Shown here: positions 26,806 through 37,003 of the stretch, piece by piece
Numbering within the stretch: position 1 is the stretch's first letter
Layout of the letters: each line of letters begins with the position of its first letter
Assembly: GCA_021200955.1 (NCBI GenBank)
Contig: JAJQFU010000111.1
Coordinates: 214 to 64,213 of the forward strand
Source of the DNA: Clostridiales bacterium
GTDB taxonomy: Bacteria; Bacillota; Clostridia; Lachnospirales; CAG-274
DNA length: 64,000 bases
Direction of reading: 5' to 3'
Program-made: the position numbers and the translations under genes
The notes under the pieces: model-generated
The model's input: the letters and a program-made list of their open reading frames with translations, nothing else
What the model was told of the DNA's origin: nothing
Database searches by the model: none

Positions 26806-26976
26806 GACTATGCGCATATTTGTTTTTAACAACAAAGACTATGCGCATATTTGTTTTTAACAAATATGCTTATGCCCAACGGCGTTTATCAACGCCCCAT
26901 TCAGTAGTGGTTTGAAACCTCTACTGAATGGAGAGTAAGCACCCCACCTAAGAGGCGGGGCTTACTCTGTTGGTTA
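26806..26976 (+). mobile_element. structured insertion element, copy 2 (171 nt, with a 31-bp tandem duplication of the left end)
   Basis: It has the same termini (GACTATGCGCAT ... CTCTGTTGGTTA). The hairpin stems carry compensatory changes relative to copy 1. The left-end 31 nt are repeated, at 26806 and 26837. Confidence 0.7.
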
Positions 26977-27261
26977 AATAACGACAACAATGTCTATGTA
27001 TTTGCCAACTTTCCCGTAAAGCAGGCAGTATTCGAAACGGACTTTAACAGTATGGCTAAGCATGAAAGTGCCGAGGGCTTCTTCGGTGATGACGAAGACA
27101 ATTTTCCTTCTGAAATTCAAAATGCAGATTAAGCTGAAGCAGACTTAAACACCTATTTGTTGTTTTACATCAAATGTTTTACATCAGACAATAAAGATGG
27201 TGCAAATCTTTGCAAGGCTGAACAATATAAGTGAAAATGGAAAAAGATACGGAGAGGGACA

Positions 27262-27447
27262 CTAAACCCCTCTCGATTTGCTGTTCAAATAATTTATAAC
27301 GGCTTCCTTGGTTATCTTCCAATTGCGGCCGTCACGATACCCTACAAGAGCCTTAGACCTAAGCAGCTTATATAAGGTATTTCTGCCTATTAAAAGTATT
27401 TCGCAGACATCCTCAGGCTTTAAAACCTCTCCGTAATTTTCAAGCAT
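27262..27447 (-). CDS. excisionase-family helix-turn-helix DNA-binding protein
   Basis: 61-aa protein. LKPEDVCEILLIGRNTLYKLLRS...I.K.AV..YL resembles the Xis/MerR-like HTH_17 proteins of integrative elements. Confidence 0.6.
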   Translation of the reverse strand: MLENYGEVLKPEDVCEILLIGRNTLYKLLRSKALVGYRDGRNWKITKEAVINYLNSKSRGV

Positions 27448-27787
27448 TTATAAGACCTCCTGTCTCAATTGATTTATATTGATGTTTGCTTGATAATAAT
27501 TAAGAATTGCAGTATAAAAATTAATTGAGACAGAAAGGTAGGAGAGGAGATTTGCATTTTGGACTTAATTATAAGGTTATTTCAAATTACCAAGGATGAT
27601 ATTAAATCCCGGCAGAAGATCACTGTAAGAATATAAGGATATGAGAGACGAGAATATAGATGTACTGATAGACTATATTAATAAAAACGATTTAACGACA
27701 TATAAAATTAGATTATGACATTACAAAATTTACAGAAAGGATTAATGCTTATATATTCATCTGAATTATAAGTATTTGGTGTAAAAA

Positions 27788-28487
27788 ATGAACGAAATTT
27801 ATTGTCCGGTATATTTTAGATATTTAGGAAATGATTATGATGCAAAAACAAACTTTTCTGAAAACCATGATATTAATTATATAGAGGAAAGGATTGAGCG
27901 TATTTTAGATCCCGAAAAAACAGATCAATCTTTATTCGGGACAAGCGGAATGGCAGAAACATATTCTACCAAGAGGCTGGCTCTGCAGTTTTATGACGTA
28001 CAGGCGGAATTTAACCAACAAAGGAAGACCCCGCCTCTTAGTCGGTGGGGACTTACTTTCCATTCGGTAGGAGTATAAACTCCTACCGAATGGGGCGTTG
28101 TTTAACGCCGTTGGTTATAAGTATTTTTTTTGCGTCAGCAAAAAATGCGCATAGTCCTTGACTATGGGATATGATCGGAAAATTGTTCATATGATAGTAT
28201 TTTTCAGAGATGAAGCGTGTGGTATAGGTGATTTTATGGCAGCTTATATGGGAAGAAGAATTGCCGATTATATTGGTCATAGATTTCAAACGATATTTGC
28301 CGTACATACGAATACGGAAAATATTCACATACACTTTATAATTAACCCAGTCAGCTACAGAGATGGCTCTCTTTACAAGACTACTACAACCAACTTAAAA
28401 CGCTATTATGAAATAATTAATCAAATGTATGGAGAAATATATCATGTTGAATCAATCGGAGGTTATGGTTACTGCATAGAAAAGTAA
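27788..28487 (+). pseudogene. MobA/VirD2-type relaxase N-terminal domain, interrupted by an inverted copy of the insertion element and truncated
   Basis: IVHMIVFF and the His-rich block FAVHTNTENIHIHFIINPVS match the relaxase HxDxxxHxH region. The segments 27788-28011 and 28157-28487 join in frame when 28012-28156 is removed. Confidence 0.55.
28012..28156 (-). mobile_element. structured insertion element, copy 3 (145 nt, inverted)
   Basis: The reverse complement starts GACTATGCGCAT and ends CTTTGTTGGTTA. Hairpin 2 is a perfect 14-bp stem, CATTCGGTAGGAGT / ACTCCTACCGAATG. Confidence 0.7.
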
Positions 28488-28950
28488 GGCATATCGTGAA
28501 TTTATTATGGTGGGACGGAGATATTATTAAGAAAAATAAAGCTGTATTCTGAAGAAGTTATACAAATTATACAACAGTATGGCGATTACGGAATTATTAT
28601 GGATACTCCTCATATAATTACAGCATAGGAGGCTTACATTGCAGCAAAAAGCCATATTAAGATAATTATAATTTATGTTTTTCAGTTCAATGCGGCAACA
28701 CGAGGTGAAGCTTTAAGAAACAAGCTTTATTTTGCAGTAGAAACCTGTTTTCAGGTTTTTGTAACGAAGTTCGGCATAAGCAAGGCTTCCGGCAAGAACA
28801 GCATATATAAAAAAGTCTGTTTGCTTATAAATTCCAAAGGCAATAAAAAATCGCCTTCGTGATTGTTTTTACTGTTTGACAGCGGAAAATGGCTTTTCGA
28901 CATATACAATAATACAGAATGAAACTAACAACGTATATTTAGGAAAAACT

Positions 28951-29190
28951 GAGAGAGGGGCAATAAACCCCTCTTGATTTTCTGTTCAAGTAATTTTATA
29001 AAAGACTCATTAGTTATCTTCTATTTGCAAATGTCATGATACCGTACAAGAAACTTAGACCTAAGCCGCTTATATAAGAGGTTTATGACTATAAGCAGTA
29101 TTTCGCAGATATACTTAGGCTTTTAAACATCTCTGTAATTTTCAAGTATTTATAAGACATCCTGTTGCAATTGATTTATATGATGTTGAA
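28951..29190 (-). pseudogene. degenerate second copy of the excisionase gene and its flanks
   Basis: About 240 bp are alignable to 27251-27490, for example GAGAGGGG..AAACCCCTCT, TTAGACCTAAGC.GCTTATATAAG and TTTCGCAGA.AT. Stops and indels destroy the ORF. Confidence 0.6.
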
Positions 29191-29287
29191 ACAAAGTAAA
29201 CTATTATTACAAGAAAAACTTGAAAAAGGAATTATTAATATGGCAAAGCGATTGCAGTCAGAAGTTTTGCTGTGATAATGCAGTCTA

Positions 29288-30173
29288 CTAATTTATACTG
29301 AGTTCTGCCTTCAGGCGGCGGAGAAATTCTTTTGAGGCTTTTGAAAAGACCTGATATTTTTTCCACACAATGCAAAGACCGGCTTCCATTTTGGGAGTTA
29401 GGGGACGGAAGCAAAGGTCGCTTTCTCCTGTTATGTTGAGGATTTTGTCAAGACAGATTAAATAGCCTATGTTGTTTCTGACAAAATGAGAAACATTATA
29501 GATTAAATCCCCTGTTACCACTACATCGGGCTTTACTTCATCTGCTTTAAGCCAGGACAGCATTTTGCTGTTTGAAGCGGCTTGATGGGAAAGAATTAAG
29601 GGCTTTCCCCATAAATCTTCGGCACAAATTTCCGGTTTTTCGGCTAATGGATCGTCTTTTCTCATTAAAACTCCCCATGTGTCGCTTATGGAAAGCTTTA
29701 AATAATTATATTTTTCTATATCAACATCGCCAATGAGAAGCCCGAAATCGATAAGTCCTCTGTCAAGCCTTTCCATTACTCTTTCTGCATCGCCGCTGTA
29801 AATGTGATAATGAATTAGAGGGTTGTTCCTTTTGAAGCGCCTTTGCGGCTTTGGCGAAAAACGAAACAGCATCTGATTCGCCGCAGCCTATATATATTTC
29901 CCCCGTTATGTTTTTGTCCGAGTCGGAAAGCTCGGCTTTTGTCTTTTCAAACAAATCCAATATTTCCTCTGCGCGCTTTCGCAGAAGCATACCTTCGTCG
30001 GTTAAGGTGATTTTTTTGCCCCCTCTTATAAGAAGCTGCTTTCCTATCTCGTTTTCAAGGTCTTTCAGCTGTCTTGAAAGGGGCGGCTGTGTCATATGCA
30101 GAACCTCTGCCGCTCCGGTTATGCTTTCTTCTCTTGCTACAGTTAAAAAATATTTTAAAACTCTTATGTCCAT
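29288..30173 (-). pseudogene. LysR-family transcriptional regulator with a frameshift
   Basis: The N-terminal HTH, MDIRVLKYFLTVAREESITGAAEVLHMTQPPLSRQLKDLE (ORF 29763-30173), and the substrate-binding domain (ORF 29288-29872) lie in different frames. They switch near an A4/T4 run at about 29828-29845. Confidence 0.75.
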
Positions 30174-30324
30174 AAATAAGCCCCTTTCTGGGTGTTCTTT
30201 AAGTCTATTATAGCAAAAAATACCATACCTTTCAAGTATGAAGTTCCATATAATATGTGTATTTGATATTTTGGATATAAGATATTATAATTATAGCAAG
30301 AAAGAAAGAGAAAGGGATGAATTT

Positions 30325-30903
30325 ATGAACACTGAGGAATTTTTAAGCTGTATGAATACAGGGAGGATTGTAAAAGGCGGTTCGGAGCTGCACAAATATA
30401 TGACCGAGCTTTCCTATGAAGCTATGAAGGTCACAACAGAGCTTAACGGAAAGTATCACAGTCCCGAAGAAATAAGGGAGCTGCTTTCTAAAATAACAGG
30501 CAAGCCCGTTGATGAAAGTCTTGTACTTTTTCCGCCCTTTTACACAGACTGCGGCAAAAACATAACCATAGGCAAAAATGTTTTCATAGGCAGCTGCTGT
30601 TATTTTCAAGACCAAGGGGGAGTTAAAATAGGCGACGGTGTTTTGGTTGGACACAATACAGCCTTTGCCACATTAAACCACTGTTTTGAACCTGAAAGCA
30701 GAAGCAGCACAATTCCAAAGCCAATAGTTATAGGCGACAGAGTTTGGATCGGGGCAAATGTAACCATTCTGCCGGGAATAACAATAGGGGATAATGCAGT
30801 AATTGCCGCCGGAGCAGTTGTAGCAAAGGACGTACCTGCCGACAGCGTTGCTGCCGGAGTTCCGGCAAGGGTTATAAAATCAATATACGATAAGAAATCA
30901 TAA
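30325..30903 (+). CDS. sugar (maltose/galactoside-type) O-acetyltransferase, left-handed beta-helix
   Basis: It has hexapeptide repeats (IGDRVWIGANVTILPGITIGDNAVIAAGAVV) and a Mac-like N-terminal region. The start was moved to the ATG at 30325, which follows AAAGGGA. Confidence 0.8.
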   Translation: MNTEEFLSCMNTGRIVKGGSELHKYMTELSYEAMKVTTELNGKYHSPEEIRELLSKITGKPVDESLVLFPPFYTDCGKNITIGKNVFIGSCCYFQDQGGVKIGDGVLVGHNTAFATLNHCFEPESRSSTIPKPIVIGDRVWIGANVTILPGITIGDNAVIAAGAVVAKDVPADSVAAGVPARVIKSIYDKKS

Positions 30904-30957
30904 TTTAGGCACTGACGGCAAATGCCGAGTAAATATAAAATAGGAGGAGAAACAAAT

Positions 30958-32127
30958 ATGTTAGGAAATTTTTCTTACTGCAACCCCACAAAGCTTTATT
31001 TCGGTAATGATTCACTTAAATTTTTAAATGACGAGCTCAGTAAATACGGCTCAAATGTTGTGCTTATTTACGGCGGCGGTTCAATCAAAAAGAACGGCAT
31101 TTATAATTCCGTAACGGAGATTTTGAAAAGCTGCGGAAAGAACGTTGCCGAAATTGAGGGCGTTATGCCCAATCCCACTGTTGACAAACTGAGAGAAGGT
31201 GTTAAAATCGCCAAAAATCACAAGGCTGATTTTATTCTTGCGGTAGGCGGCGGCTCAGTCTGCGATTATGCCAAAGCGGTTTCCGTTTCTGTAAACTGCG
31301 ATGAAGATCCTTGGGATAAATATTTCATACGCTTTGAAGAACCCGACTGTAAAATTGTTCCCGTTGGCTGTGTGCTTACAATGGTGGGAACAGGCTCGGA
31401 AATGAATGCCGGAAGTGTTATAACAAACACCGAGACGAAGCAGAAAATAGGTCATGTATTTGCAAGCGAAGAGGTTATGCCTAAATTTTCAATTCTTAAC
31501 CCCAAATACACACTGACCCTGCCCCATTATCAAATGGTATCGGGCATTTACGATATTTTCAACCATATTTGCGAGCAGTATTTCTCCGGCAAGGATGACA
31601 ACACAAGCGACTATATCAGCGAAGGTCTTATGAAATCCGTTGTTTATTCAAGCCGTATTGCAAATGCCGACCCTCAAAATTACGAAGCAAGAAGCAATAT
31701 TATGTGGACGGCAACTTGGGCGTTAAACACCCTTGTTGCAAAGGGAAAAACCACAGACTGGATGGTTCATATGTTAGGTCAGGCAGTAGGCGGCTGTACA
31801 AACGCAACCCACGGTATGACCCTTGCCGCTGTTTCTCTTGCCTACTACCGCCACATTCTCCCCTACGGCTTGGCTAAATTCAAGAGATTTGCCGTAAATG
31901 TTTGGAATGTAAACCCCGAGGGCAAAACCGACAGGCAGATTGCGGAAGAAGGTCTTTCCGCTATGGAAGCATGGATGAAGGAATTGGGGCTTGTTATGAA
32001 CTTAACCGATTTGGGAGCAACAGAAGATATGCTTGAAAAGCTTGCAGATGTGACAATTCCCTTAAACGGCGGATATAAGCCTTTGGAACGCAGCGAAATT
32101 ATTGAAATTTTCAGAGAAAGCTTATAA
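30958..32127 (+). CDS. iron-containing (group III) alcohol dehydrogenase, YqhD/BdhA-like
   Basis: It has the motifs VLIYGGGSIKKNG and LAVGGGSVCDYAK, plus His-rich metal-site regions. The start at 30958 follows GGAGGAG. Confidence 0.85.
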   Translation: MLGNFSYCNPTKLYFGNDSLKFLNDELSKYGSNVVLIYGGGSIKKNGIYNSVTEILKSCGKNVAEIEGVMPNPTVDKLREGVKIAKNHKADFILAVGGGSVCDYAKAVSVSVNCDEDPWDKYFIRFEEPDCKIVPVGCVLTMVGTGSEMNAGSVITNTETKQKIGHVFASEEVMPKFSILNPKYTLTLPHYQMVSGIYDIFNHICEQYFSGKDDNTSDYISEGLMKSVVYSSRIANADPQNYEARSNIMWTATWALNTLVAKGKTTDWMVHMLGQAVGGCTNATHGMTLAAVSLAYYRHILPYGLAKFKRFAVNVWNVNPEGKTDRQIAEEGLSAMEAWMKELGLVMNLTDLGATEDMLEKLADVTIPLNGGYKPLERSEIIEIFRESL

Positions 32128-32146
32128 CAAAAGGAGGACAAATAAT

Positions 32147-33303
32147 ATGAAAATATCACTCATTAAATCAGCAGTCGCTTTAACACTTATACTGTCAATG
32201 ACAGCCTGCAGCACAGGCTCAGTTAATCAAGCCGAAACACAGGATGCAGTACGGCAACTGAACAGAGTGCAGACACAACCGAAGCAGAAGCAGCGGAAAC
32301 AGTCGATTATGGAAACAGCACAGACACATCTATTGTGGCAGAGGATTTGGAGCTTACGGACGAATGGGACAAGACCTTTGAATTAAGCGATGAAGTAAAC
32401 CACAGAAAAGTAACCTTTGTAAACCATTTCGGAACAACCCTTGCGGCAGACTTATATGAACCCAAGGAATACACAGGCAAATTATCGGCTATTGCAGTTT
32501 GCGGACCTTTCGGAGCAGTAAAGGAACAGGCTTCGGGCTTATATGCTCAGGAAATGGCTAAAAGAGGATATTTGGCTATAGCCTTTGACCCCTCATACAC
32601 AGGTGAAAGCGGCGGCACACCAAGATATTTCAATTCTCCCGACATAAACGTTGAGGACTATCAGGCAGCCATTGACTTCCTTTCAACTCAGGACAATGTT
32701 GACCCCGAGAAAATAGGTATAATAGGTATCTGCGGCTGGGGCGGAATGGCTCTTCAGACAGCGGCTCTTGACACAAGAATTAAGGCAACAGCGGCAATAA
32801 CGATGTATGATATGAGCCGCAACACAGCTTTAGGATATTTTGACGCCAATGATGAAGATGCAAGATATGAAAACAGAGTTGCATATAACAATCAGAGAAC
32901 AGAGGACTATGAAAACGGCTACTATGCTCTTGCCGGAGCGCTTCCCGAAGAAGCTCCCGAAGATGCAGCCCAGTATGTAAAGGATTATGTAGCTTATTAT
33001 AAAACAGAGCGTGGTTATCACCCCCGTTCACTTAACTCAAACAACGGATGGGCAACAACAGCAAGCGGCTCTCTTATGAATATGAGACTTTTTGAATATG
33101 CTCCTGAAATCCGCAGTGCCGTACTTTTGGTTCACGGCGAAGAAGCCCACTCATTAATGTACAGTCAGGCAGCCTATGAGCTTCTTCAGGGAGACAACAA
33201 AGAGCTTATGATTATCCCCGGAGCATCACACACCGACCTTTATGACCAAATGGATATAATTCCTTTTGATAAACTGCAGTCATTCTTTGAGGAAAATATG
33301 TAA
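32147..33303 (+). pseudogene. alpha/beta-hydrolase lipoprotein, frameshifted between the signal peptide and the body
   Basis: The signal and lipobox MKISLIKSAVALTLILSMTAC are in one frame. The hydrolase body, with a nucleophile-elbow-like GICGWGG, is in another frame that is open from about 32225. The frames overlap over 32225-32386. Confidence 0.6.
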
Positions 33304-33511
33304 GCTGTAATATTTTTACACGAATAAAAAGATTTTGTAAAGACCGAATAGAAAAATATCCCGGAATTGACGCTTAAATATGTCTTTTCGGGATATTTTT
33401 GAACATATAAAAAATGCTGCCGAATATGTTTTAAAAAATTCCTTTACAATTACATAGTGCTGTAATATACTTAAGGCGTATTCATTTATAAAAAAGGAGG
33501 GTGAATTTAAG

Positions 33512-34009
33512 ATGAAAATCGACTTATTATTCAAAAACGACGAATTTGTTTTTTCATATCGAGTTACCGGCTTGTTGATACATAATGATGAAATACTCCT
33601 TCAAAAACCCGAAAAAGATAGGGGATATTCGCTGCCGGGCGGTCATGCAGTCTGTATGGAGCCTTCACAAAAAGCATTAATTCGCGAGTTCAAAGAGGAA
33701 TTAAATATCGATATAGTTGTAAATAAATTAAAAGCAATCGGAGAAATTTTTTTCATGTGGGGTTCCCGACCATGTCATCAAATAAATTTGTACTATAGTG
33801 TAAAAATTACCGATAATACCTTTAACAAATTAAAAAGCAATAAATTATTTTGTCTTGATGAAGCAGGTAAGGAGTACAATAATTTAACATTTCATTGGCA
33901 CAAGATTCAAGAGCTTGATAAAATTGTTTTATATCCGCAGGAAATCGTTCCTATAATAAAAAACAAATCTGATTTTCCTACATACTTTTTCAGCGATCAG
34001 ATACACTAA
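33512..34009 (+). CDS. NUDIX hydrolase
   Basis: The Nudix box is GGHAVCMEPSQKALIREFKEELNI. Confidence 0.8.
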   Translation: MKIDLLFKNDEFVFSYRVTGLLIHNDEILLQKPEKDRGYSLPGGHAVCMEPSQKALIREFKEELNIDIVVNKLKAIGEIFFMWGSRPCHQINLYYSVKITDNTFNKLKSNKLFCLDEAGKEYNNLTFHWHKIQELDKIVLYPQEIVPIIKNKSDFPTYFFSDQIH

Positions 34010-34036
34010 ACCAATTAATTAAAGGAGGCAAATACA

Positions 34037-34513
34037 ATGAGCAAAATTTTAACAGCATATTTTTCGGCAAGCGGAGTAACAAAAAATGTTGCTCTGAAAA
34101 TCGCAAAGGCAGCGGGAACAGACATTTTTGAAATAGAGCCCAAGGAACACTACACAGCTTCGGATTTGGACTGGACAGACAAAAATTCCCGAAGCACTAT
34201 TGAAATGAATGACCCTTCTTTCCGTCCGTCTATTGCAAGCAGTCTTTCCAATCCTGAAGATTATGACACAATTCTCTTGGGCTTCCCTGTATGGTGGTAT
34301 GCTGCACCGTCTATCATAAATACATTTTTGGAAAGCACTGACCTTACTGGTAAGAAAATCGCTCTGTTCTGCACTTCCGGCGGAACAGGCATTGAAGGCT
34401 GTGAAGCAAAGCTTAAAAAGACCTACGGAAACAAATACGAATGGAAAAAAGGCAAGCGCTTTACAGGCGGAGAAAGTGAAGCCCGGCTTGCGGAATGGGT
34501 AAAGTCATTATAA
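34037..34513 (+). CDS. flavodoxin
   Basis: It has ILTAYFSASGVTKNVA and LLGFPVWWYAAP motifs, and its ~158-aa size fits. Confidence 0.8.
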   Translation: MSKILTAYFSASGVTKNVALKIAKAAGTDIFEIEPKEHYTASDLDWTDKNSRSTIEMNDPSFRPSIASSLSNPEDYDTILLGFPVWWYAAPSIINTFLESTDLTGKKIALFCTSGGTGIEGCEAKLKKTYGNKYEWKKGKRFTGGESEARLAEWVKSL

Positions 34514-34809
34514 GAAAGTCAAAATTTGAACAGAAAAACAATATCCCGAAATGCTGCTGAAATATGCCGTTTCGGGAAATTTTTAATGTCTTACACATTG
34601 TAGGGATTATTTATGCGGAAAAATAAATTTGAAAAAATCAATCGGTTGATTTAATCAAAAATATATGCTACACTTTCTTTATAAACAAAATGACAAATCA
34701 GAACCTTTGGAGATAGTTATGATTATAAAATAGATAAATGCCAAAAATATATTGCTATGCTTCTTTTTATGAAGGGATAACAAATTGATTTGCTTAAGGA
34801 GGTTACAAA

Positions 34810-35436
34810 ATGGAATTTTACGAAGCATTGGGAAGGCGAAAAACAGCAAGAGAATTTTTAGATAAAGAGGTTGACTTTGAAGCAATAAAAAGAATTTTGG
34901 AAGCAGGCAACAAAGCTCCGACATGGAACCATAACCGTAACTGGAGCTTTATAGTTTTAAGGACGGATGAAGAAAAAGAATTTGCTTTTGAAGAAGCAAA
35001 GAAAACAGCAGATAAATTTGACGCAGAAAAGTACCTTAACATTCCAAGACCATATCCTGTTACATTGGGTCAGAAAATGTACGCCCATGCAATGCCGAGG
35101 CAGTTTACAATGCTGAAAGACGCTCCTTATGTTATAATTCCTGTATTCAAATGTAAGGAACTGAATGCTGAAAGCGTATCTAAGCTAAATCCGTTTTCGA
35201 CAATCTGGTGTGTTATAGAAAACATATTTCTGGCAGCCGCAGCCGAAGGTTTATCCTGTTCCATGAGGATACCGTTAAATGACGAACACGATAAAGTAAA
35301 AGCACGCTTGAAAGTTCCGGCAACATATATGATACCCGTATTTATCGGAATCGGTTATGCTGATCCGAATGAAAAGGAATTAGAGCAAAAATATCCTGAA
35401 CTTGAAAAGCAAATACATTTTGGCAGGTGGAGATGA
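34810..35436 (+). CDS. nitroreductase family protein
   Basis: The N-terminus RRKTAREFLDKEV...ILEAGNKAPTWNH and the overall size fit the family. Confidence 0.8.
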   Translation: MEFYEALGRRKTAREFLDKEVDFEAIKRILEAGNKAPTWNHNRNWSFIVLRTDEEKEFAFEEAKKTADKFDAEKYLNIPRPYPVTLGQKMYAHAMPRQFTMLKDAPYVIIPVFKCKELNAESVSKLNPFSTIWCVIENIFLAAAAEGLSCSMRIPLNDEHDKVKARLKVPATYMIPVFIGIGYADPNEKELEQKYPELEKQIHFGRWR

Positions 35437-35576
35437 TTAAAGGAACCGCTGATTAATTAGCTCATCGCATCTTCACCACTGATTTTTAATAAAGGCAAAG
35501 CTTTAGATAAGGCTTTTAGACAGAGAATATTGAAACAATAAAGTCTTTTCAAACAAAAAGAGAGGGTATATGCACT

Positions 35577-36068
35577 ATGAATTTTGTAAAAGTAAAATGT
35601 GATGATTTAAAAACAATTGAGGAATTATCCGTATTTGCCGGTGCCATTGTAAAAGAGGTATTCGATCCTCTTATAGGAGAAGCTCAAAACGATTACATGA
35701 TTAATATGTTCCAGTCGAAAGAAAGTATTCGAGAACAGATTATGCACGGATATCAGTATTACATTGTTTATGAAAATAATAAAAAGATTGGTTTTCTGGC
35801 ATTTTATGATAAAGCAAGCGGATTATATCTCAGCAAGTTCTATTTAGAAAAAGGATACAGAGGAAAAGGCTATTCTCGAAAGATGTTTGAATTTGTCTGT
35901 GAAAATGCAAGAGCACACGGCTTTAAGAAAATAACACTTAATGTGAACAGAGATAACCCAGCAAAGCTGATTTATGAAAAATTTGGTATGAAGGTTATCA
36001 GAGAAGAAAAGAATGCTATCGGAAATGGATTTTTTATGGATGATTATGTGTATGGAATTCAACTATGA
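35577..36068 (+). CDS. GNAT-family N-acetyltransferase
   Basis: The acetyl-CoA motif region is YRGKGYSRKMFEF...A...GFKKITLNV. Confidence 0.8.
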   Translation: MNFVKVKCDDLKTIEELSVFAGAIVKEVFDPLIGEAQNDYMINMFQSKESIREQIMHGYQYYIVYENNKKIGFLAFYDKASGLYLSKFYLEKGYRGKGYSRKMFEFVCENARAHGFKKITLNVNRDNPAKLIYEKFGMKVIREEKNAIGNGFFMDDYVYGIQL

Positions 36069-36129
36069 GATTTTATATAAATTTCCGGTTTATCAGGGAG
36101 TTAAATAAGTATAAAATAGGAGGTTAAGT

Positions 36130-36654
36130 ATGGATTTAGAAGAATTGTTTTCATACAGAAGAAGCACAAGGAAGGACGAAAAGCAGCAGATTACAGAAGA
36201 ACAGCTGCATAAAATTTTAGAAGCAGCTCAAAATGCGCCTTTAGCCGCAGGCAATCGACCGAAAGCACGCCTGACTGTTGTACAAAACGAGGAAATGTTA
36301 AATGAAATTCGAGAATGCTGCAAAATGGAATCACGAAAGAATCCGGAGGTAACTTTCGACCCTCTATATGGTGCACCTACTTTAATTTTAGTTTCAGAGT
36401 CAAGTTTGTCTGAGGATAGGATTGAATTATGTGATGCTGCCTGTATCATTGAAAATATGATGCTTGAGGCAACTAATCTCGGTCTTGGCTGCTGCTATAT
36501 ATGGGGCTGTCTGTCAAAACTACGTGCAAACAGTGTGCTGCTTAAGAAATTGCACTTGGAAGAACAGGTTGTCCTTTCCGGTTTCATATGCGGAATACCT
36601 GTAAAGCCGCTTTATGCTAAGAAAAGAGAACCTATTACCATAGTAAGGCTATAG
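36130..36654 (+). CDS. nitroreductase family protein
   Basis: The N-terminus is RRSTRK...ILEAAQNAPLAAGNRP. The family-typical C-terminal block is NLGLGCCYIWG. Confidence 0.75.
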   Translation: MDLEELFSYRRSTRKDEKQQITEEQLHKILEAAQNAPLAAGNRPKARLTVVQNEEMLNEIRECCKMESRKNPEVTFDPLYGAPTLILVSESSLSEDRIELCDAACIIENMMLEATNLGLGCCYIWGCLSKLRANSVLLKKLHLEEQVVLSGFICGIPVKPLYAKKREPITIVRL

Positions 36655-37003
36655 CTATAGCTGAAGCTGCTTAATTTACTGTTTAGCAAGAGTTAAACAG
36701 GGCAAAGAATTAAAATTTGAAGCAACAAAACGGAATCAGACAAAGATTATTTTTAAATACAACTTTTGACAAACTTTAAGGAAATTAAAGTGCAGTTTTC
36801 CGTCAGGAAAGCAAATTACACTTTATGTAGTAGGTCAGCTTTTTAATATCATCCTTACATTTTTGGCAGTTTACATACTTCTGTCGGGAAGATTTTTCCC
36901 TCTGCCCAATTTATCTGTTTAAGGAAGTGTATAAATTGAAAGCATTAAAAAAGCTTTTTCATACGGTTTTGCCGCTGCTGTTTTAATAACAGCGGTATAC
37001 ATT

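Larger units (their letters stand above)
25931..27132 (+). pseudogene. helicase-like mobile-element gene split into three in-frame segments by two element insertions
   Basis: The segments 25931-26198, 26339-26805 and 26977-27132 join in frame once the inserts are removed. The helicase motif-VI-like QSVGRARLV and the block LLSATANG are present. The product assignment is tentative. Confidence 0.45.

Noticed and set aside
26199-28156. The ~140-nt inserts as self-splicing group I or II introns
   Set aside because: They are far too short for either intron class and lack recognisable catalytic-core elements. The fixed left-flank motif and the subterminal hairpins fit a DNA transposon derivative better. 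RNA-level removal stays untested.
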